DNA from: Sporopachydermia quercuum
Taxonomy: Eukaryota
Direction of reading: 5' to 3'
Length of the DNA: 64,000 nt
NCBI GenBank assembly: GCA_001599295.1
Contig: BCGN01000009.1
Coordinates: 788,413-852,412 of the forward strand
Shown here: positions 46,230 to 56,750 of the stretch, piece after piece
Position numbering within the stretch: position 1 is the first letter of the stretch
Layout of the letters: every line of letters begins with the position of its first letter
The notes under the pieces: model-generated
Told to the model about the DNA's origin: nothing
What the model saw: only the letters and a program-made list of their open reading frames with translations
Databases searched by the model: none
Position numbers and translations under genes: made by a program

Positions 46230-47526
46230 TGATTAATGATAGGGTGAATAGATAAATATCTGAGTGAATTGTTACTAGGACAGTTTAAAGCGAGAAGAAA
46301 AGAAGAAAAAGAGAGAATAAAAACTGAAAGAAGTGCTTCTTTATAGGAAATATATCCCGGTGTTGTTGCAATTGATCGTATACTTGGTAGTGTGTTAATA
46401 ACAGTTGTTTGAATGTTTTTGAATGTGTTTCATAGATTGCTTGGATAAAATGGAACATGTCGAGAGATAGCGTCATACTTTTAGCTTTAATATTTGAGAC
46501 GATAATCTAGGTTGAATTACTATTTCTCCTGGTGCAGTATGGATATCAGGAGAATCTGTTGTACGTATAGTATATTTATTCCAATGTATGTGTGACACAT
46601 GAAACTAGTAAAGTATTGGCGGAACAGAGAACGAATTAGAGAACTTGGCTGTTTGATGGTTGAAACACAGTACAATATGATGTTAAAGAAGCAATGGAAC
46701 CGTCACAATGAAAGGGTGAACTGCGGAAGATTCGATGTACGTTTTCTCCTGTGTGGGAGATCATTTGATGGTCAGATAGAATCGATGGAATTCTTATAAC
46801 AGCTGCTTCAGCAGTTGATTCAACTGTTGGTTCGATAATCAATTAGAAGCAATGTTTGATCTGTTTCAATACTTGTTGTTTGATTTATTGTTTGGTTGGT
46901 ATCAATGCTTCCTAATGATAGTGCTGAAGCATCAAGTGTACTTACTAGGTACTATGTAAGTGTGGTATGTTTATACAGGCAAATGATTGGTAACATTGTT
47001 TAAATCAACACGTTTTAATACATTTTATCGTCATTTAATANCAATTGATTTAACAATTCAAGTTATAATGCTGAAAATCCAGATTTCGTTGATTTGTTTC
47101 AATGACTATTCAATCTTATATTTAGTAGCAATGTTAAGTGTTTACGTAATCTGATATTAGAGCTTGAGGAGATGCAGCTGTTGGTTTGGTTTTCCATTCG
47201 TGAAAACTAGGTAAGATTTCTAATATAGTTCTGTTCTAAGAGAGCCTATTCTTTAGGTAAACAAGCTTCACTCTACTTTTACTGAATCACCGATTACCTG
47301 ATCTCCCAATGGTCTATCGTATTCAACAGCTCATCGCTCTCTGTCCCAACCCCTCATTTGAGACATCATCCGGGTCATTTGAATCAAAGCCTGTCATTTA
47401 TGGAACCTTTTTCCTTGTACAAACTCATCGATATAAGCCTATCTGTCTCACATCGCTTGCTCTATTCACACTATGATAGTCCAAAAACGTCCGTTCTAGC
47501 CAAATGGGTCATTAATTGACTCAGAA

Positions 47527-49135
47527 ATGTTCGGCTGGAAAGATAAGAAACAATTCTTCGGGTCAGTAGACCGGTTCTGGTCTTTCTACCACCTAGAAAT
47601 CCATGACCCGAAAATCCCCCACACACTACCAGAAGCAATCAAAATGGATGAAAACGCGAGAAACAAAAACTGGACAAATGCAATAATTGACACAATTGAA
47701 GAATACACTTATAAAAACGTATGGGTGGAAGTTGACCCTAAAGGTTTGCCGTCAAATTCCCGAGTTCTCCCTGCAAACTTTCTCTTTGATTACGAGCATG
47801 TAGCCCGCGAACATATTGAACGGAAGATATGGATCACTGTAACCTCCGAGCACACTTTCCGTTCGGCTGGAACCGGCCCCGTCCCCTGTCTCGGAGGTTC
47901 TCTTCCGATTTTTTCTCGCGTTTGCCTCCCGACAAGGACTATAATTGACCAAATTCTTCATCCCAGATATCTACCTCCACGCTGATATTCCCGACAGTGC
48001 CCCGTTGTATGCCAAGATTCCGAACGTGGGGAAAACTTACCGAGGAACAACATACAGACTTCGGAAGTGTTTATACGGTCTTCCCTATGCCGACGAATGC
48101 TGGATCCAGACAATGACCGATTATCTCAAGGCTTAAAAAGGCTATGTCAACATCCCCCAGTTCCCAGGCCTTTTTTTCTTTACCTACGAAGAAGGAAACA
48201 ATTGTTTGCTCCTATTGCATCAGGACACTGTATTATTAGCTAGCAATGGTACCTTAGCATTAGGGAAAACAATGGAAGCGATGTATTCGTTGAAATCGGT
48301 TATAANAGATAATCCGTTGTTTTTCCGAGGGTTCCAGCTTCGGACAAACTCTCGGCATGAAGTGGAGATATTTCAAATTGAGAACATAGATAAAGTTTAC
48401 TCTCGGTTGAATTTAGACGATTTTGAAGAGCTGACTAGACCCGGCGGAGAATATTTTGACGTTGTTTTGGCGGGTAATAAGTCGGAAACAGAAGAAGTCG
48501 GCGAGACTCGGAAACGCAAACAAGTCTTATCTCTCGAACAGAAAGCTAAAGTTTCCGCTTTTCCTTTTAAGCAAATCATCTCCGAGCTTTCTGCTATTGC
48601 GCAAGGAACTCGGCCAGATATCGGATGGCAAATGGAAATTATCGGACAATTGGATAAACGCGATTCTAATTACAGCCTGTTGAAAGCTCTAGAACATATT
48701 TGCACTTACTTGTATGCCACCAAAACACTGTGCATAAGGTATAAGCCGTGGAATGAGGACGATTTCGGAATATTCTCGGAAGAGTTAAGCGAGCTAGAAA
48801 CCGATCCCGACTTTCCCCTTAATGAGAGAAGTAAGCTATTCCGAGAAACGGATAAAATATACGAAGAGCTGGATAAACTATTGGAAGGAGTTCATATCTC
48901 GGGATATCTCGGGTTCACCTGGCACGAACAACTCCAGAGTTTTTCCGTGGCTTCCTTATTGAGATTTGCCGGCGGACCCGTTTCATGGAAATACGAAAGC
49001 ATCGGTTATTGCTCCCGAAAGCTGATTGAAGCTAAAGCCAAGATTTTCTGCTTAGCAGATAACATATTTGTTCTGTATATGCGATTTTATATTCCATGGG
49101 AATACATCGCATGTTCGGTGTACCATCATGACTAA
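47527..49135 (+). pseudogene. Disrupted Ty1/copia-derived RT-RNase H gene; paralog of 51507-53261
   Basis: Frame 1 reads IPHTLPEAIK..NWTNAI....KNVWVEV...RKIWI. After a +1 frameshift near 47880 it reads SPVSEVLFRFFLAFASRQGL*(47942)LTKFFIPDIYLHAD...YRLRKCLYGL....CW...DYLKA*(48134)KGY...PGLF...LLLLHQDTVLL...FRGFQL...GTRPDI...LEHICTYLYATK...SGYLGFTW...FAGGPVSWK. This is colinear with copia RT/RNase H. Confidence 0.8.
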
Positions 49136-51506
49136 TAAGGAGCTGAAATATCAGGAGGTATATGCAGATCGGGACGGAAATATGACGGATCATATGAATA
49201 GCAATGAAAAGAGCGATAAAAGCAGTAAGAAGTCCCGAAAGCAGTTGGAGATGGCGANATTTCCGAGAAGCAAGTGTTTCAGAAAGCGCCAGGATCGGAA
49301 CAGGAGCCGAGAAAAGAACGGGAACAGGTGCGGGATGATGCTCGGGAAGTATCGGTTTCAATTTCAGCAGGAAAAGATCAAAGCACTAATGAACGTAATA
49401 ATAACCTCAAAATGATTAGAGAATTGAGCTATAACAACAATATAAATTGAGAGTTCCAAATATGTTATTTACGCCGGAATCCAGCGGAGAGAATTTATTT
49501 CCTGGCCAGCTTTTGATTAAAAGTTTACCCGAGCCCGAATTCCGTTATTGTTCGGCTGCTGTTGGAATGGGCAATATTTATTTGTAGTCAGCAAGGATTG
49601 GAAGGATTGGAAGAACGGAAATATATGGTAATAAGATTTACAGTATCTTGAAACGTAATGGAAATAGGAGTTAGTTAATGTGAAACAACGCAATAACATA
49701 GTAACAAAGACATAATACACACAGTTAATCTAACAAGTAGTAAACGTATTGTTTTCTTAATTTCAGCTTATAAATTGACAATGACTTGCTAGTATTAAAT
49801 TACGGTAGTGTGCAGCTAGGTAAGAATAGGGCTTATAAACTAGTTATAATTATATGTAACGGATCAGACTAACGCCTTCGTGAGGAGACTCATCAAGATT
49901 ATATTCTGTAGCGTTCCTACAGGAGTTGATGGTAAATATGGACTTTAGGGTCAACCTATTTCATGTTATATGCTATATGTTGATCGAAACGTTCACTGGA
50001 ACACGTTTCATCGCATTAAATGGTAAATAGAATCAATATGTTAACGTTCTAGGGATAGCTACATAGAAATATGGCTTCTACGTAGAAGGAGAAGCAGAAT
50101 AGCTGCAAATTATACACTGACAATTACTACAATGTAGCAACAATAGTACCAATGGGTAACTTAATGAATCTTTCAGAAGGATCAATTTACTGGCTTTTTA
50201 TGATACAACAAAGAGTAAGGAAGAATAAATAGCTCTCACATGCTGGTTTTTTNGTCTTTTCTAGAGTATTTCCGTTCAAATTAATGCATTCTACACAGCT
50301 TCTCAGTTTCACTGAATAAACGTTCTCAGCATATACAGATCTTTCGTTGTTGGGACTGAAGGTTGAGATACTACCGAGAGGTGTCTAAGGAAGATATCAT
50401 AGAATCCGCATAGCTTATCCCAAAATCCTATGAAAAGTTGGTATATGTTCGTTGATACTAATAGTAACGTAGGAACGGTAACACATCTTCCCAGCAAGCG
50501 CAATCAATGGAACCAGCGTTGTGGACAGTAAAAGGACAACGTCCTCAAAATAATGTAGAAAAGTGGACTTGTTTGAACCCTTGTTGACGTTCAGAGGCAA
50601 TTCTACAATTACCTGCTATCAATTCAGACTTCAGCTACATACTTATAATTTAATTGATGGTTATGCTTCCTTATTCTGAAACTCTTTGATAGGGGTATGT
50701 ATGTACGATAGTTTAAGCATCTGCTCTGAACTCATCAGACTTTCAACGGTTTGCACGTGAAGGTTAAACGATGCCGAAAAGTCCCCCTGTTTTGGAATAA
50801 AGGTTCCTCTTCATTTTCTCAATATTGAAGGTTTCGGATTAATTGAAAGAGTTTAACTTCTTAATTCGGCTAAGTAGTCCAAATTTGGAAACGTTTTCGG
50901 GAGTTTCAGGGATGATACTTTATCCTTAACTATTTTATCTTATCAAAAAGTCCGATGACCGGAATTAGACAATTATTCGAGAGATAAGCTAATATATACA
51001 ATTCATTGACTTTGGCCAAAAGAAAGAATAAGAAGAGAAAACCTCCAAATAAATATAAATCACCTTTCTATCTTCTATATCATTCCTTTAAAGATTACTC
51101 TCAGTGCTTTTTCTTTGATCATATCTTATCGTTCCTTCTATTACTATAATAAACTTTTTCTTGAATTCTAGAACGAACCTTATTTTTAGAGAAGTGCTCG
51201 AGTTTTGATAAGCAACGTGAAAGTCATCTCGCTAGATCAATCCTTAGTTGAATCTTTTTGCTTTTCTCTCTCCTTTATTTTGCCGCCAGCGAGTTTTTCT
51301 ATGAACAAAGCTTCGAGAATAGGCAGTTCATATAATGTATTGCTGTATGATAATAGGTAAAAGTTATTGATATTATCATCTTTTCACTGTTAGTCTCAGT
51401 GTGTTTAGGTAGCTTATGGGTAGATACGCTACCTTCATCAAATCAGCTATTTCATTATCATTAATGGCTGATTTGTATTTATGATATTTACAATAGCTGT
51501 GTAACT

Positions 51507-53261
51507 ATGTCCTCGGATAAGCTTAACCTGGTTTCAAGGTTAGAAGCTATATTGAGGTCTAATGGTAACACGACAGCTCCTAGAAGCTGTCGTGAAGCGT
51601 TGACGTGGGACAAACAGTACGATTGGAACCCGTGGCAATGCGAATATGCTAAAGAGATTGACCGTTTGGTCAAAGCTGGTGTTATTAACGTTATGCCTGA
51701 TCCTGTTGGTTCAAATGGTTTATTGCTAAGAAAAAACTATAGTGCGAAACTTGTATTTGATCAGCAGGAAACCAGATATTCTACTGATAGAAAGGTTTGG
51801 ATCATAGCTGAACCGTTGGTTAAAACCAAAAGTCCCTATGAGAAATTAAAGGTTGAGATTGATATAGGGAAAGTGTTGTTTGGTGGCAGTAATGTGGAAG
51901 ACCCATTTGTTTCCAACGAGTCTGTCAGACTAATCACAGCAATCTCTGCAAAAAGTTCACATTATATGCGTAGTTTCAATGTTATTGCTCCTGTCGGTAT
52001 TCCAGTTGATAGTTCAGAGGATTTGGGATACATCACCTTGCCTTCTATGGGAAGGGTTAAGGGAGGAACCTATAAATTGAATAAATACATATACGGTATT
52101 GATGGCTGGAAAGAAAGATGGTTTTTCTATCTGAGTAATATGCTGGAAGCTGATCTACATTTTAAGAGCTCTAGTAAGAGCTCTGGTGTTTTTCACAAAT
52201 TAATGGTTGATAATGAATCAGGTGGTGCTAAAGCTTCTAAACAGTTATTGGCCTTCGAGTACCCTGATAAACTGTTGATATCAACTGATAATTATGAACA
52301 ACTGCTTAGCACCATTTATAAATTTCCGGTTACTAGTACAGCCCTTTCTATTCCTTCTGAATTCAAAGGATTTGAATTCAGGTTTGAAGCAAATGGGGAT
52401 ATTATTTTACATCAAAGGAAAACTGTTCTCTCAATCTGTGAGACTTACGGTAAAGGAAGACTGACTCCTGTTTATTCGCCTTACGATAGATACTTTTCTG
52501 CTATTGAACAGAACGATCGCTTCTTGATTTCAGGATCTTTGGGCTACTTTTCCTATGACAATGTGCTTCGAGAGCTGATAGATGTTGCTACTAAAACTAG
52601 ACCTGATGTTTTTAGTATAGTAAGAACATTGATAAATTCACGATCGGAAATGTATGGTAATGGCTCAAAGGAAGTTTCGCACTGTCATGAAATGGCAATG
52701 AAAAGATTATTGAATTATTTATCCTATACGAGAAATTTCGCATTGGTGTATCGGCACAGTAATGATGAAGATGACGAAATGGAGGAGGTAGATGGACAAT
52801 TATCATCTGATCGACTTTGCACCTTGTCAACTGTATCGGACACGCTGCAAGGACTAGCATTTCTGTTTAATCAGCCTGTGACTGATAACTGGGAATTTTC
52901 GAGTGTAATAAATTATGGTGGAGCGATTGTTCAGTGGAGCATTCTTCAGTTGGGCTCGGACGTTGGATTCTCTGAGAAAGCAGCCGTTGTGTGTGAAAAG
53001 GAAAGTAGAAATATCACTGAATGGTTAAACGAAATGACTGTAGAAAGTAATAGGATCAAGCAAGTCAACTGGAAAATCCCAGCAGAACAATTTGAGTCAA
53101 TCAGTTCAATGTCTGGTGCTTTGAATGAGAGTATCATTTCTACNATTGAATTATCGTCGGAGAACATTTGGTCTCCTGAGATCATTGTTAAATCAGTTAA
53201 AACGCCATATTTGGCAAAGTTGAGAAGTTCTTTAGGACTTTTCGAATGTGGTAGCTCATAA
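51507..53261 (+). CDS. Intact stand-alone Ty1/copia-derived RT-RNase H-like protein, predicted catalytically dead (putative domesticated gene)
   Basis: 584-aa ORF: APRSCREAL..W..EYAKEIDRL, ESVRLITAISA, YKLNKYIYGI....RW, FKGFEF, LHQ, KTRPDV, HEMAMKRLLNYLSYT, YGGAIVQWS, ending KLRSSLGL like a copia Pol terminus. The YVDD position reads YPDK. Confidence 0.8.
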   Translation: MSSDKLNLVSRLEAILRSNGNTTAPRSCREALTWDKQYDWNPWQCEYAKEIDRLVKAGVINVMPDPVGSNGLLLRKNYSAKLVFDQQETRYSTDRKVWIIAEPLVKTKSPYEKLKVEIDIGKVLFGGSNVEDPFVSNESVRLITAISAKSSHYMRSFNVIAPVGIPVDSSEDLGYITLPSMGRVKGGTYKLNKYIYGIDGWKERWFFYLSNMLEADLHFKSSSKSSGVFHKLMVDNESGGAKASKQLLAFEYPDKLLISTDNYEQLLSTIYKFPVTSTALSIPSEFKGFEFRFEANGDIILHQRKTVLSICETYGKGRLTPVYSPYDRYFSAIEQNDRFLISGSLGYFSYDNVLRELIDVATKTRPDVFSIVRTLINSRSEMYGNGSKEVSHCHEMAMKRLLNYLSYTRNFALVYRHSNDEDDEMEEVDGQLSSDRLCTLSTVSDTLQGLAFLFNQPVTDNWEFSSVINYGGAIVQWSILQLGSDVGFSEKAAVVCEKESRNITEWLNEMTVESNRIKQVNWKIPAEQFESISSMSGALNESIISXIELSSENIWSPEIIVKSVKTPYLAKLRSSLGLFECGSS

Positions 53262-53712
53262 GACTAGCTATACATTGGATTTCATTGGGTTTTATAGAGA
53301 GATATGGAGTTATATAGGTTATAATCTGCAAATAATAATTAATCAATAATAAGTTGTTATACATCAGTTCTTTGATGCAGTTAGAGAAATTTCGGAAATG
53401 ATGTGAAGGCTGCTGATAGAGATTTTTTAATGATTATATAATCATATATTTTCTTACCTTGCGNGTGAGTTATAACACTCAACTGTAGGATTATTATACT
53501 ATATAAAATACCAATCAACTTGATATTATTTTCTGTTTAGATCTCTTTATATCTCGTTTAATTGCAATTGAGTTCCTAGTAAAATATGGATAGTATTCTG
53601 TCCATCTGTTCTCATTATCGTTCATTTCCTTTTTGATCGGTACATCCTCAACAACATTGTATCTCGCTTCAGAAGCCTCTGTAAAGCTTCATTTGACCGA
53701 CTCCATACAAAT

Positions 53713-53723
53713 AAAAAATTTTC
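53713..53723. promoter_or_regulatory. RRPE-like element upstream of PXR1
   Basis: AAAAAATTTTC about 250 bp upstream of a ribosome-biogenesis gene. Confidence 0.4.
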
Positions 53724-53964
53724 TATATTGTTTGATAAAAGCAGCCATAAGATAATATTTATTAAGCAAGATAACTAATCAGTGAAATGGTAAGCATCGA
53801 AGAGAAATATGGTTATTGAATGGGAGAAAGAGAGATATGCCTGATAACATACATGAGGTATTGCATCAATATTGATAATCTTATCTAGAATATATCTGCA
53901 GATATACACACTCAGAGACATAGACAGATTTGTATTCTATCACAAATACTATATACAAATCACA

Positions 53965-54750
53965 ATGGGATTGGCAGGAGCTAAGAAATCTACTAGAATA
54001 GCAGCAGACCCAAGAAATACACATTGGTCAAATGATACATCACGCTTTGGTCATCAACATCTAGCCAAACTTGGATGGAAACCCGGTTCTGGTATAGGTA
54101 GAAAAGGTCAAGGAAATACTGTCCATGTGAAGGTCGCTATTAAAGATGATATGTTCGGATTAGGTGCTCAAACAGCTAGAGAAAAGAAGAAAGGAAGTGG
54201 TGATTTTGGAGATGAAAGTGTGGGTCTGGATGTGTTCCAAAAGATTTTAGGTAGATTAAATGGACAATCAGAACAAATAGAAAAAGCGTTAGAAAGCAAA
54301 CGAGTAGAGCTCATTGAAGGTAAATGGGGAATGACATTTGTCAAAGGTGAAGTGCTGAAAGCAACTTGGGATGCAGAAAGTCAAACCGTGAAACGGAAAC
54401 GAGATGATGAAAGCGAATCTGATGCTAGTGAAGATGAAAAAGAGGTAGCAGATAAAAGGAGTAAGAGAGAGAAGAAGAAGAGCAAGAAGGAAAGGAAAGA
54501 AAAGAAATCAAGGAAATCAAAGAAATCAAAGAAAGGAGATAAACGGAAGAATGGTGATGAAAGTCAGAGTGAAAAAGCAAAGAATGAAATAATATCAGAT
54601 GTCCAGTCTTCCTCAATATCTCCTTCACGATCACAATCACCAGTCCCTCCTGTTGCCGCAAGATTAGCTGTGCGGTCGAAATGGATTGCACAGAAACGAG
54701 CAGCAACAATAGATGCAAAGAGTTTGAATGAGATTTTCATGATTAAATGA
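53965..54750 (+). CDS. PXR1: G-patch ribosome biogenesis protein Pxr1/Gno1 (PinX1)
   Basis: ATG at 53965: MGLAG....DPRNTHWSNDTSRFGHQHLAKLGWKPGSGIG (G-patch), GLDVFQKILGRLNG, KKE-rich region, RLAVRSKWIAQKRAA.ID.KSLNEIFMI. Confidence 0.93.
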   Translation: MGLAGAKKSTRIAADPRNTHWSNDTSRFGHQHLAKLGWKPGSGIGRKGQGNTVHVKVAIKDDMFGLGAQTAREKKKGSGDFGDESVGLDVFQKILGRLNGQSEQIEKALESKRVELIEGKWGMTFVKGEVLKATWDAESQTVKRKRDDESESDASEDEKEVADKRSKREKKKSKKERKEKKSRKSKKSKKGDKRKNGDESQSEKAKNEIISDVQSSSISPSRSQSPVPPVAARLAVRSKWIAQKRAATIDAKSLNEIFMIK

Positions 54751-55052
54751 GAAGGGTGGGCATTTTATAGCAGTAATGAGTAGTCTGTGATATAATGGAA
54801 ATAGGATAAAGGAAACAATTTTGCATTGGGTTGAGACAAATTTATGATGAATTAGGAGTTTTGATATTCTTAATGTATTTAGAGGTTTACAAAGAATACA
54901 ATGCGTAGTTTTAGTAGTAAAACAGATTTCGTATGATACAGTCTCCACTGTTTGACCAAGTGGAGTTTATTTATTCATTTATTTTGAATTTTTATCTAAT
55001 TTACCAACAAAAAATAACACCAAAAAGATAAAACTTTTTCTTACTTTTCAGT

Positions 55053-56750
55053 TTAAAGGAACAGAACACCAGCAGTTCCTACAAACAAAGTTGAGAAGAA
55101 AGAGAAAGCCAGGATGTTCCATAACCGAACATCGACAGTACCTGCAAGATCTTCACTTTCATCGCTAGAACCAGAAGTGGATGATTCTCCTGAGCTGGAA
55201 AATGATGATCTGTCGCCGCTTCCAGTGCTAGATCCCGAACTGACAGTTGCCATTTCTCTCGCTAAACCAGTAGCTCTGGCGACAGAGATTCCACTGATGG
55301 TGCCGGTACCACTTTCACCAGCTTCAGACAACCAAGAAGAACAAGAAGATTCAACATCTTGAGCATTAACAATTTGTGCAGCGCCATCAAAGTCACAAGC
55401 AGAACTTCTTCTGTTGTTTTCTTGGTAGTATAAATTCATGACAAAAGAAAGCCTTTCTTTAGGGGAACATGGAGAAAAGGCACCATATTCACCAGTGGTA
55501 CCATTGCCAGAAATGCCATCGCAAGAGATTTCACCGCAAATGTATTGGTAATATTCTTCATAATCTTCTTCTTCAACATCATCGCTGACAACGCATTCAA
55601 GAGAACCATACATACAATCACAGACATCAACATTTGGAGGAGGAGGCAAATCGGTAGAAGCTTTCCAGAATTCCAAAGTGGATGCAGGACAAGAAATGTC
55701 AGATGTGCTAGGAGTATAGTCATCTAAGGCAACACCAGTAGGGTTGACGGTTGCCATTTGAGAAGAGAGGTATCCATAGTCGGCAAGAGTAGAGACTTCT
55801 CCATCAGGTAAAATGGTTACAATGCCATAGTTGTTTTCCTCCTCGAAATACATATAAACAATACCACCAGACCAAACATCGGTCATATTATCAGAGAACA
55901 AGACTGGGACATCAAGGAATTCTCTTGGTTGGACTTCGTTACAACCATACTCAGAAAAGAAAAGAGGAACATCAAAAACACTGAATTCTTCCGTTCTATC
56001 GGCATAGCCAGATTCTTGAAAGGTAGAATCACCGCACCATTCGTACATGTTGATACCATATATATCAGACTTGACCGATTCGTCACCACATAAGAAGTAT
56101 TCGGCAAGGTATTGTCTGGTATCGGCATCATCATTAGTGGAATAACCAACGGGGATATCTCTATAGCCCTGTTGCTTGATGTAAGCTTTGCTGTCACGGA
56201 CGGCGGCCTTGACGAATGGTGATGCATCAGTGTTTGATGCATTGTTAGTTACTTCGTTACCAGCAAAGAAACCTAAAACAGAAGGATATTCAGCCAAAAT
56301 GTCAATCACAGATGCATAACGATCAAATAAAGTCAAATCCCAGTTAGGTTGATCTCTATTTATGGAATAACCGGGTTCAGATAAATCAGCTACAATGTAA
56401 ATACCGGCATCAGCAAACATTTCAATACATTCAGTATGATCCTTGGATGTATCAATGGCGTAAACTCTCAATAAATTGGTTCTCAAGTTAATGAGATATG
56501 GCAAATCTCTTTTACAAGTTTCAGGATCTGCTAAAGGATCGTTTATAGTAACTGAACCATCCCCAGTAGCATTGGCGGTATCTTGTTGATATGCCATACC
56601 TCTGACGAAGAATTGACTACCATTGTTAGAGTAGAAGAATTTAGATCCCACAACCTCGATAGTTGGGAAACTTCCATCTTGGCTTTGAGCTGAGGTGAGC
56701 TTTGCAAGCCCAGCTAAGCATAAACCTACAGTAGACAAGGAGAATCTCAT
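55053..56750 (-). CDS. GAS1: GPI-anchored 1,3-beta-glucanosyltransferase, GH72+ with X8/Cys box (Gas1/Phr-like), copy A
   Basis: Signal peptide, [44 protein letters not shown], Cys-rich X8 domain, Ser-rich stalk and hydrophobic GPI tail. Exact ortholog (GAS1/PHR1/PHR2) uncertain. Confidence 0.88.
   Translation of the reverse strand: MRFSLSTVGLCLAGLAKLTSAQSQDGSFPTIEVVGSKFFYSNNGSQFFVRGMAYQQDTANATGDGSVTINDPLADPETCKRDLPYLINLRTNLLRVYAIDTSKDHTECIEMFADAGIYIVADLSEPGYSINRDQPNWDLTLFDRYASVIDILAEYPSVLGFFAGNEVTNNASNTDASPFVKAAVRDSKAYIKQQGYRDIPVGYSTNDDADTRQYLAEYFLCGDESVKSDIYGINMYEWCGDSTFQESGYADRTEEFSVFDVPLFFSEYGCNEVQPREFLDVPVLFSDNMTDVWSGGIVYMYFEEENNYGIVTILPDGEVSTLADYGYLSSQMATVNPTGVALDDYTPSTSDISCPASTLEFWKASTDLPPPPNVDVCDCMYGSLECVVSDDVEEEDYEEYYQYICGEISCDGISGNGTTGEYGAFSPCSPKERLSFVMNLYYQENNRRSSACDFDGAAQIVNAQDVESSCSSWLSEAGESGTGTISGISVARATGLAREMATVSSGSSTGSGDRSSFSSSGESSTSGSSDESEDLAGTVDVRLWNILAFSFFSTLFVGTAGVLFL

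Noticed and set aside
47875..48136. Programmed frameshift or stop read-through explanation for the disruptions in the first RT-like gene
   Set aside because: The breaks fall inside the RT domain rather than at a gag-pol junction, there is no Ty1 CTTAGGC site, and TAA terminates normal genes here. Pseudogenisation or assembly error is simpler.
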